Position numbers and translations under genes: made by a program. DNA of 49,020 nucleotides. It comes from an uncultured Gammaproteobacteria bacterium (GTDB lineage Bacteria > Pseudomonadota > Gammaproteobacteria > Magnimaribacterales > D2472). The notes below the pieces were generated by a model. It was not told where the DNA came from. It saw only the letters and a program-made list of their open reading frames with translations, and ran no database searches. This document shows, one piece after another, positions 1 through 9,705 of the stretch; position 1 is the stretch's first letter; the number at the start of each line of letters is the position of its first letter. The stretch spans positions 1-49,020 of the forward strand of contig CAYFJC010000003.1 of assembly GCA_964343355.1 (NCBI GenBank), written 5' to 3'.

Positions 1-25
1 CACTTTTTATGACATGCTAAATCAA

Positions 26-101
26 GGGTCGCTAGCTCAGTTGGTAGAGCAGTTGACTTTTAATCAATTGGTCACAGGTTCGAATCCTGTGCGACCCACC
101 A
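26..101 (+). tRNA. tRNA-Lys (anticodon TTT)
   Basis: 76-nt cloverleaf: acceptor GGGTCGC/GCGACCC, D-arm GCTCAGTTGGTAGAGC, anticodon loop CT-TTT-AA (anticodon 59-61), T-loop GGTTCGAATCC, encoded CCA end. Confidence 0.98.
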
Positions 102-158
102 TTTACATCATAAAATTTAGTAATAACTTTTCAAGTTATAAGCATCTAGAGGCTTGAG

Positions 159-1403
159 ATGAAAAATATTCTTAACAAACTTCTGTTACCTTTTACAAAA
201 GAATCATCTCTTGCAGGTGTTTTTTTCTTTTTTGTATTATCTTCTTGGTATGTTTTAAGGCCGGTAAGAAATGAAATGGCTGTAAGTAATGTAGATAATT
301 TACCCTTATTACTTGCTGTTGGTGCTTTGGCAATGTTGCTTGTTAATCCTATCTATTCCAGACTAGCCTCAAAAACTAATTTAAGAAAATTATTAATTTC
401 TTGCTACCTGTTTTTTATTGTAAATCTATTGGGATTTTTATTTTCTTGGAAGGTTTTAGATTTAGAGGGAGTTGTATGGCTTGGAAGAGCTTTTTATATT
501 TGGTGCAATATTTATTCCTTTTTTGTTGTATCTATATTTTGGGTGGTAATCATAAATGTTTTCAGATCATCAAAGACTAGAAATTTTTACGGCGTAATAA
601 TGGCTGGAGGTTCAATTGGTGCTTTAGTGGGATCTGAGATTTCAAAAAGATTTGCCAGCTCATTTACCGAAAGTGGTTTAGAATTTTTTAGTATTTCAGC
701 AATTATTCTACTATTTGCAGCTTTATGTGTTGGCTTGATGTTAATAAATTATACTAATTCTAAAAATAATCATGAATCAAATCAGCCTCTTGGCGGGGCA
801 AGTTTCGATGGCATTAAAAATGCTTTAACTAAGAAAGATATTCGTTCAATTGCTATATATGTGTGGCTATTTACTGGATTAATGACAATCCACTGGATGA
901 CTGCAATATCAATTATTGATGCATGGTCCAGTGATTCTGTAGAGAGGATCGCTTTGTTTGGTCAAATGGAGCAATTGGTAACAATTTTAACTTTACCTAC
1001 GCAGTTATTACTCACTTCAATCATTATAAATTTCTTAGGAGTTAAGCGCATTCTATTTTTATATGGAGTAGCTTTTTTAATTGTTTTCTCTGTGTATGCG
1101 ATTTCGCCAACAATATCTATCGTGATATTTGCAACTGTATTTCTTAGATTATTTGAGTACGCTATAAATAAACCTACAAGAGAAATAGTATTTAGCCATT
1201 TAAAGCAAAATGATCGGTATAAATCTTCAGTCTTTATTGATACTTTTTGTTCAAGATTGGGTGATCTATCAGGGAGTTTATTTATAACTTTTGGAAGTTT
1301 TATCGGGGTAGGGTTCTCTTTAATACCATTACTCGCTTTACCTATTACCGGTTTATTCTCTTACTTCGGTATTAAGATAGCCAAAGAAACAAAAATTTAT
1401 TGA
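159..1403 (+). CDS. MFS-fold transporter of the NTT/TLC (ATP:ADP antiporter, AAA) family
   Basis: 414 aa, about 12 hydrophobic segments. Family-like motifs YVLRPVRNEM, VVSIFW, GGSIGA, EYAINKPTRE and RYKS..FIDT..RLGD. SD GAGG upstream. Confidence 0.75.
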   Translation: MKNILNKLLLPFTKESSLAGVFFFFVLSSWYVLRPVRNEMAVSNVDNLPLLLAVGALAMLLVNPIYSRLASKTNLRKLLISCYLFFIVNLLGFLFSWKVLDLEGVVWLGRAFYIWCNIYSFFVVSIFWVVIINVFRSSKTRNFYGVIMAGGSIGALVGSEISKRFASSFTESGLEFFSISAIILLFAALCVGLMLINYTNSKNNHESNQPLGGASFDGIKNALTKKDIRSIAIYVWLFTGLMTIHWMTAISIIDAWSSDSVERIALFGQMEQLVTILTLPTQLLLTSIIINFLGVKRILFLYGVAFLIVFSVYAISPTISIVIFATVFLRLFEYAINKPTREIVFSHLKQNDRYKSSVFIDTFCSRLGDLSGSLFITFGSFIGVGFSLIPLLALPITGLFSYFGIKIAKETKIY

Positions 1404-2830
1404 CCGCGTAGTTCTTTAATAGATTTTCTAGTTGTATTAATTTTTGTAATTATAGATTCAGATACTTCAAAATTACTTTCAGTTAATTTAAGTGCAAATT
1501 GAAGTTGATTGAGAGCATCTTCATACTGACCAAGTAATAAATAGTATTCAGCTCTACTCTGATGGTAGCCAATGACATTCTTGCTATCTCTTTGGATCTC
1601 AGACAAGTAAAGCCAGAGATACGGATCTGTATTCCTTCTTAAAAGTTGATCTCTAATTAACTCCTCGGCAGCAAATAGTTTTTTGTCATAAGCTAGAATT
1701 TTTGCCTTTAGAATAGTTAGAGGATAATTTTTTGGAGATATGTTTAAAAAAATATTTACTATATTTAGAGCTTCTTTTGACTTACCTGCATTTAGTAATA
1801 TCTCTGCTTTAGTATTATTAAGAATTAAATTTTTGGGATTTTCATCTATTAGCTTATCAATCTCTTTTAAGCTACTGGTATGTTGGCCACTCATCATATA
1901 AGCAACTGAAAGTGCATATCTATTTTCATTTGAAAAGTTTTCTTCTATTAGCCCCTTCATTTTTCTTACAGAATTTAACGGTATATCTTCATACCTCATT
2001 TGCAGCCTGCCTCTTATTAATTGGAAATTCAATGAATCTTTATTTTTGTATGGTGTCTCGACTTGATCAGCTGCATTAAAAGCATCCGCAACTCTTGAGG
2101 AAGATACGGGGTGAGTTAAAAGGAATTCAGGAATATTATCACCTGCAAGCCTCCTTAACTTTGCCATTTGTTCAAACATTTCCCCCATGCTATCAGGAGC
2201 ATACTGTGCATTAATGAGATTATTAAACCCAACTCTGTCAGCTTCTCTTTCAAATAAGCGACTATAGCGCAGGCTTTGCTGTTGAAGAAAAGCAGGTCCG
2301 GCCATAAATGCAGTAGGGTTATTTGTTGCTACAGCAGCAGCCATGGCAGAAACCAGAACAAGCATTGAAGCAAAGTTATTATCTCTCGAATTAAGTATAT
2401 TTCTTGCAAAATGTCTTTGACTTAAGTGGGCAAGTTCATGAGTAAGCACTGAAGCAAATTGACCTTCATTTTTAGCATTTAAAAAAAGACCTCCGTTAAT
2501 ACCAATCACCCCACCTGGTGCAGCAAATGCATTAAGAGACTTATCATCAATTAATAAGACATTAAAATTTCTATCTTTAACCTGGCTATATTCAGAAAGT
2601 CTATAAATCAATAATTCAGAATACTCTTGAATCAAGGGATCAGAAATCAAGGGAGCTTGGCTATAGACTTGTTTTAAGAATTCATTGCCAATAATTTTTT
2701 CTTGGTCAGTTGAAACAACTCCTGAAACTCTATCACCTAGCTCAGGTAATGATAAATTTAATTCAGGCTCAGCATAAATATTCAAAATAAATGAAACAGA
2801 TAATATAAAAAATAGTTTTTTCATTTTCAT
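1397..2830 (-). CDS. bepA: M48 family periplasmic metalloprotease/chaperone BepA (YfgC) with TPR C-terminus
   Basis: Signal peptide, LNAFAAPGG, HELAH zinc motif, EREADRVG, PEFLLTHP, TPR-like helices. Located next to perM as in other gammaproteobacteria. Confidence 0.92.
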   Translation of the reverse strand: MKMKKLFFILSVSFILNIYAEPELNLSLPELGDRVSGVVSTDQEKIIGNEFLKQVYSQAPLISDPLIQEYSELLIYRLSEYSQVKDRNFNVLLIDDKSLNAFAAPGGVIGINGGLFLNAKNEGQFASVLTHELAHLSQRHFARNILNSRDNNFASMLVLVSAMAAAVATNNPTAFMAGPAFLQQQSLRYSRLFEREADRVGFNNLINAQYAPDSMGEMFEQMAKLRRLAGDNIPEFLLTHPVSSSRVADAFNAADQVETPYKNKDSLNFQLIRGRLQMRYEDIPLNSVRKMKGLIEENFSNENRYALSVAYMMSGQHTSSLKEIDKLIDENPKNLILNNTKAEILLNAGKSKEALNIVNIFLNISPKNYPLTILKAKILAYDKKLFAAEELIRDQLLRRNTDPYLWLYLSEIQRDSKNVIGYHQSRAEYYLLLGQYEDALNQLQFALKLTESNFEVSESIITKINTTRKSIKELRGQ

Positions 2831-2884
2831 TTTTATTAAATCTTAAAAAATTTGTATTCCCAATAAAACTAACACATATAGAGG

Positions 2885-2909
2885 TTATTAGATTAATATA
2901 ATCTAATAA
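2885..2909. repeat. Perfect 11-3-11 inverted repeat between divergent bepA and perM
   Basis: TTATTAGATTA-ata-TAATCTAATAA read directly from the sequence. Confidence 0.8.
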
Positions 2910-2990
2910 ATAAGCTTAAATTATATATAATTATTGTTTGACAGTGATAAGTTTAAATAGTTTTCATGTTTATTGAATTTAAAAGGAATA

Positions 2991-4112
2991 ATGTCTTTTA
3001 TGAGTGATCTATTTTTAAGTAATGCGCTTTCGTTTATAGCTTTGGGTTTATTTGCGAGCATGGGATACTTTTTCTTTACTCAATCTGTAAAGAAAGTCTT
3101 CGTAAATGAAGAAACAATAGTCTTTTCTTTAATTCTTGTGGTTGCACTTGTCGCGCTTTCACTTTTCGGAAGTGTTTTATCTCCATTTTTAGTTAGTATT
3201 ATTGTTGCATACCTTTTGGTTGGTTTTCAGGCAAGGTTAGAGGGTTATGGGTTAAAAACATCTTCTGCATTAGCTTTAACTTATGCATTTTTTTTAGTTA
3301 TAACCACAACTCTATTGGTGTATTTAATTCCTCTAATTTATCAGCAGCTTCAGTCTCTTGTTTTAGAATCACCAAGGCTAATCAATGAACTTATTGGTTT
3401 TATACAAGCAGTTCCTAGCAATTATCCTGATCTTATTTCGTCTGATCAAGTCACTTCTTTTTTTGAAGGTATATCAGCTGAAGTAACCGGATTTACTCAA
3501 AACCTAGTTAAATCTTCAATTACAGGCATCACTGGAACTATTACATTTGCTATGTACCTTATTTTATTTCCTGTGCTTGTATATTTCTTTTTATTCGATA
3601 GAAAAAATATAATAAACAGCTTTATGGAGATCATTCCTGGTGAAAGAAAAATGCTTTCAAATGTTTGGTCAGAAATGGACAATCAATTAAGTAACTATGT
3701 AAGAGGAAAAACAATTGAAATTTTAATAGTTGCTACTACATCAGCAATTATTTTTGCATCACTGGGTTTAAATTACACAGCACTTCTTTCTGTATTGGTA
3801 GGGATGTCAGTATTAATTCCATATGTTGGAGCTTTTCTTGTCACTATTCCGGTTCTTGTTGTTGGCTTAATTCAGTTTGGACTATCTGCTGACTTTTATA
3901 TATTGACTGGATTATATTTATTATTACAGGCACTTGATGGAAATTTACTAGTCCCTCTAATATTTTCTGATGCAGTTAAATTACATCCAGTAATAATAAT
4001 ATTAGCAGTATTTATTTTTGGAAGTATGTTTGGTTTTTGGGGAGTATTTTTAGCAATACCAATAGCCACTTTTATTAAAGCTATTTGGAATGCATGGCCA
4101 TCACAGGCTTAA
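2991..4112 (+). CDS. perM: AI-2E family transporter (PerM-like)
   Basis: Hydrophobic protein with NYVRGK..EI, LIPYVGA, QALDGNLLVP, LHPV and FLAIP.AT..KA..NAWP. ATG 2991 follows AAGGA; the start could be further downstream (3000 or 3060). Confidence 0.88.
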   Translation: MSFMSDLFLSNALSFIALGLFASMGYFFFTQSVKKVFVNEETIVFSLILVVALVALSLFGSVLSPFLVSIIVAYLLVGFQARLEGYGLKTSSALALTYAFFLVITTTLLVYLIPLIYQQLQSLVLESPRLINELIGFIQAVPSNYPDLISSDQVTSFFEGISAEVTGFTQNLVKSSITGITGTITFAMYLILFPVLVYFFLFDRKNIINSFMEIIPGERKMLSNVWSEMDNQLSNYVRGKTIEILIVATTSAIIFASLGLNYTALLSVLVGMSVLIPYVGAFLVTIPVLVVGLIQFGLSADFYILTGLYLLLQALDGNLLVPLIFSDAVKLHPVIIILAVFIFGSMFGFWGVFLAIPIATFIKAIWNAWPSQA

Positions 4113-4116
4113 TTTT

Positions 4117-4584
4117 TTATAGAGATTTAATTGCTTCTAAAACTTCTGCAACGTGACCTTTAACCTTTACCGATCGCCATTCATTAATAACTTTTCCTTC
4201 TGCACTTATAATAAAGGTGCTTCTATCGACACCAATATACTCTCTGCCATACATTGATTTAAGCTTCATGACATCAAATGCTTTGCAGACCTTCTCATCA
4301 GGGTCAGATAATAGTTCAAATGGAAAACTCTGTTTAGCTTTAAAATTTTCATGAGATTTAACTGAATCTCTTGAAACTCCTAAAATTTCTGTATTAGATG
4401 ATTTAAATTCTTTATACGCATCTCTGAATTCTTGACCCTCTGTAGTGCAACCTGGAGTACTATCTTTTGGATAAAAGTAAATTACTAAATTCTTACCTAA
4501 AAAATCTTCTGATTGAAGAGTTTTACCACTTGTGGATTCAGCTTTAAATTTTGGACATTTTTTACCTAATATTTTTTTTGTCAT
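4117..4584 (-). CDS. bcp: Peroxiredoxin Bcp/PrxQ
   Basis: YFYPKDSTPGCTTE peroxidatic motif, FELLSDPD, RSTFII, VKVKGH. Confidence 0.95.
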   Translation of the reverse strand: MTKKILGKKCPKFKAESTSGKTLQSEDFLGKNLVIYFYPKDSTPGCTTEGQEFRDAYKEFKSSNTEILGVSRDSVKSHENFKAKQSFPFELLSDPDEKVCKAFDVMKLKSMYGREYIGVDRSTFIISAEGKVINEWRSVKVKGHVAEVLEAIKSL

Positions 4585-4648
4585 TTTTTTTCCTTAATTG
4601 ATAGTATGTAATGATGTATAGTCCTATTTTTTACTGAAATAAATATTC

Positions 4649-5545
4649 ATGCAAGCACTTAAAGGAAGTTTAGTAGCATTAGTAACTCCGTTAGCTTCAA
4701 ATGGTAGCGTAGATTATGCTGCTATAAAAGATCTTGTTGGCTGGCATATTGAGCAGGGAACAGATGGGATTGTTTCAGTCGGAACTACTGGCGAAGCTCC
4801 AACATTAAGCACAAAAGAGCATGCAGAAGTAATAACCAAAACAATTGAATACGTTAATGGAGCAATTCCGGTTATTGCTGGAACTGGAGGAAATTCTACT
4901 CATGACTCTATTGCTTTAACAAAAGAGGCAGCAAGTGCTGGAGCAGATTTCTGTCTTTTAGTTACCCCTTATTACAATAAACCTAATCAGGAAGGGCTGT
5001 TAACTCATTTTACTGCAATAGCTGACTCTGTTGATATACCTCAAATTTTATATAACGTTCCATCAAGAACCGCCTGCGATATTTTACCTAGTACTGTTAA
5101 AACTTTAGCTCAACATCAAAATATTGTTGGAATTAAAGAAGCTTTGGATAATATGAATAGAATTAAGCAATTAGTTAAAATATCAAAAGAAATGCAAGAC
5201 GCTAAAGATTTTTATATTTACTCTGGAGATGACCCCACTTTTTTAGAATCGATGAAACTCGGTACTCATGGCGTGATATCTGTTGCTGCAAATGCTATAC
5301 CAAATCAAGTATCTGAAATATGCCAACTTGCTTTAAATAATAATTTTGTTGAGGCTGAAAACTTAAATCAGATCTATAGTGATTTTTATAATTTATGCTT
5401 TGTTGAGTCAAACCCAATGCCAATAAAGTGGATTATGTATAAACTTAATAAAATCCAAAATAATATAAGACTTCCATTAGTTAATCTTAATGAAACTTTT
5501 CATCAACAGATCCTGTCAGAGATGGTAAAATTAAAACTATTATGA
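4649..5545 (+). CDS. dapA: 4-hydroxy-tetrahydrodipicolinate synthase
   Basis: GTTGE, PYYNKP, ILYNVPSRT, GIKEA (Schiff-base Lys), SGDD, ESNPMP. Confidence 0.97.
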   Translation: MQALKGSLVALVTPLASNGSVDYAAIKDLVGWHIEQGTDGIVSVGTTGEAPTLSTKEHAEVITKTIEYVNGAIPVIAGTGGNSTHDSIALTKEAASAGADFCLLVTPYYNKPNQEGLLTHFTAIADSVDIPQILYNVPSRTACDILPSTVKTLAQHQNIVGIKEALDNMNRIKQLVKISKEMQDAKDFYIYSGDDPTFLESMKLGTHGVISVAANAIPNQVSEICQLALNNNFVEAENLNQIYSDFYNLCFVESNPMPIKWIMYKLNKIQNNIRLPLVNLNETFHQQILSEMVKLKLL

Positions 5546-6522
5546 AAAATATACCCCAACTATTATTAGCAATCTTTTTTATTCACTCCTGTTCTTACTT
5601 AACAGGGCCTGAAGGAATGTTTCCAGAAACAAAATATGATTTCTTGGAAGAAGAGCTTGCACCTAATCTAAATATTCCTGAGTCGCTAAATGATATTAGC
5701 AAAGACAATCATTACCCAATAGACGAAATGCTTGTACGAGATATTTCAAAAGATGTTCCTAAGCCTAGGCAGGTGTTTTCTTCTGGAGGAGCTTCAGAAG
5801 TTCAGTTAAGAAGATTGGGTGAATTAATGTGGATCTACGTTGAGACTCTTCCATCTACAGCTTGGCCAATCTCAAAAAATTATTGGGAAGCATCTTCTTA
5901 TGAGATCCTCTCAGAAGATGCAGAAACTGGTGTTATAAGAGTTGCTTTTGATCAAGATTCTATTTTAGAGATGATTGTCGAGCATGGAATTAAAGAAGCA
6001 TCAACTGAGATTTTCTTGAAGCAATTAAACAAAGACAATGAAAATATTACCGAGGTTGAATCAATAAAGCCTGAGCTTCAATTGATTGTTGATTATTTGG
6101 CAGCATCAGTTGAGAATTTTTCAGGTACATCACTTGCAGCACAAAGTCTGAATGAAAACAAAAAAGCAAGAATATTTACTCAAGATAATCAAACAGTTAT
6201 TGAGCTTGATTTATCATATCAAAGAGCCTGGTCTTCGGTCAGCAGAGCATTGACAGCAGGTAAAATTATTACAAATGATAGAAATAGAGATGAGGGGATT
6301 TTTTACGTGAGTTACGCTAGCGAAGCTAAACCTGGATTCTTTTCTTTTTTATCTTTTGGTAAAGAAGAAAATGAAGAGGGCCTTATTCTTGGTGAAGAAG
6401 CTGCATTTGAAGTTCAGGTTAAATCAAGTGGAGTAAAAACTATTATTACTGCTAAATCATTAAACGGTAGCATTGAAGATGCTGAAACATTACTTTCTAA
6501 AATAAATGAATCACTAAGCTAA
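5542..6522 (+). CDS. bamC: Outer membrane protein assembly lipoprotein BamC (NlpB/DapX)
   Basis: Lipobox FIHSC, sits between dapA and purC, RAWS..AL...DR.R..G.FYV motif. Confidence 0.8.
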   Translation: MKNIPQLLLAIFFIHSCSYLTGPEGMFPETKYDFLEEELAPNLNIPESLNDISKDNHYPIDEMLVRDISKDVPKPRQVFSSGGASEVQLRRLGELMWIYVETLPSTAWPISKNYWEASSYEILSEDAETGVIRVAFDQDSILEMIVEHGIKEASTEIFLKQLNKDNENITEVESIKPELQLIVDYLAASVENFSGTSLAAQSLNENKKARIFTQDNQTVIELDLSYQRAWSSVSRALTAGKIITNDRNRDEGIFYVSYASEAKPGFFSFLSFGKEENEEGLILGEEAAFEVQVKSSGVKTIITAKSLNGSIEDAETLLSKINESLS

Positions 6523-7241
6523 TGAATAAAATAGATGAAATAACAGCTGGGAAAGCAAAGTCTTTATATACCACAGATAATTCTGATCAACTTATAATGC
6601 ATTTTAGAGATGACACTTCTGCATTTGATGGCAAGAAAAAAGAAGCATTGCTTGGCAAGGGTTCGGTTAATAATCAATTTAATGCCTTTATAATGGATCA
6701 TCTTGAAACAAAAGGTATAGCTACTCATCATCTAGAAATATTAAATTCAACAGATTCTCTAGTTCGTAAATTACAAATGTTTCCTATTGAATGTGTTATT
6801 AGAAATAGAGCAACTGGATCAATTTGCAGAAGACTGGGAACAGAGGATGGCTTAATCTTGCAAGCTCCTTTATTTGAATTTTTTTTAAAGGATGATGATT
6901 TGGGTGATCCGTTAATAACAGATGAGCACATACTATCCTTCGGTTGGGCAGCTGCAGAAAATATCAAAGAAATGAAAGAGTTAACATTAAAAATTAATGA
7001 AATACTTTCTGAGCTTTTTTTAAATAGCAATTTAATCTTGGTTGATTTTAAAGTTGAGTTTGGCTTGAGTAACGGAAAGTTATTTCTTGCAGATGAATTT
7101 ACTCCAGATGGATGTAGGCTCTGGGATACTGAAACATTAGCTAAAATGGATAAAGATAGATTTAGGCAAGGTCTAGGTGACGTTGTTGAGTCTTATCATC
7201 AAGTAGCAGACAGATTAGGCATGAATATTAAACTTGACTAA
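6522..7241 (+). CDS. purC: Phosphoribosylaminoimidazole-succinocarboxamide synthase
   Basis: [53 protein letters not shown]. Confidence 0.97.
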   Translation: MNKIDEITAGKAKSLYTTDNSDQLIMHFRDDTSAFDGKKKEALLGKGSVNNQFNAFIMDHLETKGIATHHLEILNSTDSLVRKLQMFPIECVIRNRATGSICRRLGTEDGLILQAPLFEFFLKDDDLGDPLITDEHILSFGWAAAENIKEMKELTLKINEILSELFLNSNLILVDFKVEFGLSNGKLFLADEFTPDGCRLWDTETLAKMDKDRFRQGLGDVVESYHQVADRLGMNIKLD

Positions 7242-7261
7242 ATAAGTCAGGTATTTATAAT
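7230..7261 (+). promoter_or_regulatory. IscR type-1 operator overlapping a sigma70 promoter of the isc operon
   Basis: AAACTTGACTAAATAAGTCAGGTAT (7230-7254) matches ATASYYGACTRWWWYAGTCRRSTAT at 23/25. -35 TTGACT 7234-39, 16-bp spacer, -10 TATAAT 7256-61. Confidence 0.85.
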
Positions 7262-7267
7262 TGGCGC

Positions 7268-7699
7268 GTGAAACTCACCACTAGAAGCAAATATGCTGTA
7301 AATGCTCTTACTGAACTTTGTACACTTCAAAATGACGGCCCAGTAGCACTTTCAGACATATCAAATCGTCAAAATATTGAAATAACATATCTTGAACAGC
7401 TATTTAGAAAACTAAGAATAGCTGGAATTGTGGAAAGCGTTAGAGGAAGGAAGGGTGGTTATATATATGCCAAAGATCCATTATTAGTATCTATAAAAGA
7501 TATTATGGATGCAGTTGACGAGAATTTAGATGCTACAAGTTGTAATGGAGCATCTTCTTGTCACCATGGAAAAAGATGTAATGCACACAATCTTTGGAGT
7601 GAATTAAATGATGTGGTTGATTCATTTCTTAGTAACGTAACTATTTCACATTTAATACAAAATGATAATTCACATATTCAGATTAAGGAGATAATTTGA
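7268..7699 (+). CDS. iscR: Fe-S cluster assembly transcription factor IscR (Rrf2)
   Basis: YLEQLF.KLR..G.V.SVRG..GGY, three Cys plus His (C-x5-C-x5-C-x2-H), directly upstream of iscS. GTG start. Confidence 0.93.
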   Translation: MKLTTRSKYAVNALTELCTLQNDGPVALSDISNRQNIEITYLEQLFRKLRIAGIVESVRGRKGGYIYAKDPLLVSIKDIMDAVDENLDATSCNGASSCHHGKRCNAHNLWSELNDVVDSFLSNVTISHLIQNDNSHIQIKEII

Positions 7700-8925
7700 T
7701 GAAAGTAGAAACTCAGGCACCAATATATTTAGACTATGCATCTACAACACCAGTTGATCCAAGAGTTGCCAGCAAAATGATGGAATATCTAACTCCTGAA
7801 GGAGAGTTTGGAAATCCAGCATCTAGATCTCATAGATACGGCTGGGCTGCTGATGAAGCTGTTGAAGAAGCAAGGTCACATGTTGCAAATTTAGTTAATT
7901 GTGATCCAAGAGAGATTGTTTGGACATCAGGCGCAACAGAGGCAGACAATCTAGCTATAAAAGGAGTAGCAAGATTTTATAAATCTAAAGGAAATCATAT
8001 TATTACCTCTAAAATTGAGCATAAGGCTGTTTTGGACCCATGTAGACAGTTAGAAAGAGAAGGTTTTGAGGTTACTTATCTTGATCCTAATGAGGGTGGA
8101 ATTATTACACCTGATGCAATAAAAGAGGCATTGCAGGAAAATACTATTCTAGTTTCAGTCATGCATATCAATAATGAGCTAGGAACACTTAATGATTTGG
8201 AAGGAATAGGGTCTATCGTTAGAAAGCATGGAGCTTTTTTCCATGTTGATGCAGCTCAAAGTACAGGTAAAGCGGAAATAGACTTATCTAAATTGCCAGT
8301 AGATTTAATGTCTTTTTCAGCTCATAAAACATATGGACCTAAAGGTATAGGAGCTCTTTATGTAAGAAGAAAACCAAGAGTCAGAATAGAAGCTCTTATT
8401 CACGGTGGTGGCCATGAGCGAGGCATGAGATCAGGGACTCTTCCAACTCATCAAATAGTAGGTATGGGTGAAGCATTTAGAATTGCTCAACAAGAAATGA
8501 GCACTGATTTGGCAAAGATTACTAATTTTCATGAGAAATTTCTTAAAGAGGCAATGAAAATAGAGCATGCATACATCAATGGTGATGTTAATAATAAGGT
8601 ACCAAATATATTAAATATCAGTTTTAATTTTGTTGAAGGTGAATCCTTAATAATGGGCCTAAAAGATATTGCTGTTTCTTCAGGATCAGCATGCACTTCT
8701 GCAAGTTTAGAGCCTTCTTATGTTTTAAGAGCTTTGGGTAGGAAAGATGAGTTAGCTCATAGTTCTATTAGATTTTCATTTGGAAGATTTACAGAAGAAG
8801 CAGATGTTCAAAGGACTATAGAGATCTTGGGCAATGTTGTAGAGAGGTTAAGAGAGTTATCCCCGCTATGGGAAATGCATTTAGATGGCATAGATCTTGA
8901 TGCAGTAGAGTGGGATACACATTAA
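7699..8925 (+). CDS. iscS: Cysteine desulfurase IscS
   Basis: [20 protein letters not shown] (PLP Lys), SSGSACTS catalytic Cys. ATG 7699 follows AAGGAG. Confidence 0.97.
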   Translation: MKVETQAPIYLDYASTTPVDPRVASKMMEYLTPEGEFGNPASRSHRYGWAADEAVEEARSHVANLVNCDPREIVWTSGATEADNLAIKGVARFYKSKGNHIITSKIEHKAVLDPCRQLEREGFEVTYLDPNEGGIITPDAIKEALQENTILVSVMHINNELGTLNDLEGIGSIVRKHGAFFHVDAAQSTGKAEIDLSKLPVDLMSFSAHKTYGPKGIGALYVRRKPRVRIEALIHGGGHERGMRSGTLPTHQIVGMGEAFRIAQQEMSTDLAKITNFHEKFLKEAMKIEHAYINGDVNNKVPNILNISFNFVEGESLIMGLKDIAVSSGSACTSASLEPSYVLRALGRKDELAHSSIRFSFGRFTEEADVQRTIEILGNVVERLRELSPLWEMHLDGIDLDAVEWDTH

Positions 8926-8946
8926 TAATACATATAGGAGTATAAA

Positions 8947-9351
8947 ATGGCATATAGCAAAAAAGTAGTAGATAAGTTTAACGAGACACTCAACAATCCG
9001 CAGGCATTTAAAGTAGGAAAATTTGATCCAAAGGAAGTTAATGTAGGAACTGGAATGGTCGGAGCGCCAGCTTGTGGTGATGTAATGAAACTTCAAATTA
9101 AATGTGAGCAAAAGGGAAATACTCATATTATTAAGGATGTAAAGTTTAAAACTTATGGTTGCGGTTCTGCAATTGCATCATCTAGCGAATTAGTTGAAAT
9201 GCTTATAGGGATGACATTAGAGGAAGCTAAAGAGATTAAAAACAAAGAAATTGTCGATGCTTTAGAACTACCTCCTATAAAAATTCATTGCTCAGTATTA
9301 GCTGAGGATTCTATTAAACAAGCAATTCAAGATTTTGAATCAAAACAGTAA
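8947..9351 (+). CDS. iscU: Fe-S scaffold IscU
   Basis: GAPACGDVM, FKTYGCGSAIASSS, LPPIKIHCSVLAED. Confidence 0.96.
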   Translation: MAYSKKVVDKFNETLNNPQAFKVGKFDPKEVNVGTGMVGAPACGDVMKLQIKCEQKGNTHIIKDVKFKTYGCGSAIASSSELVEMLIGMTLEEAKEIKNKEIVDALELPPIKIHCSVLAEDSIKQAIQDFESKQ

Positions 9352-9360
9352 ATTACTTAG

Positions 9361-9702
9361 ATGGACACTTTTAAACCAGCCGAACTTAATTTTTCTGATA
9401 AGGCTATAGAGCACTTTAATAAAAGTCTAGATAAAAGAGGAAATGGTTTAGGCATTCAAATAGGTATTAGAAAAGCCGGTTGTTCAGGGTATGAATACTT
9501 CTTTGAATTTGTTGATGAAGTAAAAGTAGATGATGCTATTTTTGAAAAAAATGGCTGTAAAATATTTGTTGATCAACATAGCCTTTCTTTTCTTAAAGGT
9601 ACTTTGGTCGATTATTCCGAAGAAGGATTAAATAAAGGAATTAAATTTGAAAACCCTAACGCAAAAGCTGTTTGCGGCTGCGGGGAAAGTTTCACCATAT
9701 AA
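9361..9702 (+). CDS. iscA: A-type Fe-S carrier IscA
   Basis: GCSGYEY, FENPNA...CGCGESF. Confidence 0.93.
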   Translation: MDTFKPAELNFSDKAIEHFNKSLDKRGNGLGIQIGIRKAGCSGYEYFFEFVDEVKVDDAIFEKNGCKIFVDQHSLSFLKGTLVDYSEEGLNKGIKFENPNAKAVCGCGESFTI

Positions 9703-9705
9703 GCT

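Noticed and set aside
26-160. tRNA-Lys as an integration site for a genomic island
   Set aside because: No integrase and no repeat of the tRNA 3' end seen in the window; core genes resume after one gene.
2937-2964. SigmaE promoter for bepA on the minus strand (AAAACTA-N16-TCAAA)
   Set aside because: The -10 fits but the -35 matches GGAACTT at only 4/7, too weak in AT-rich DNA.
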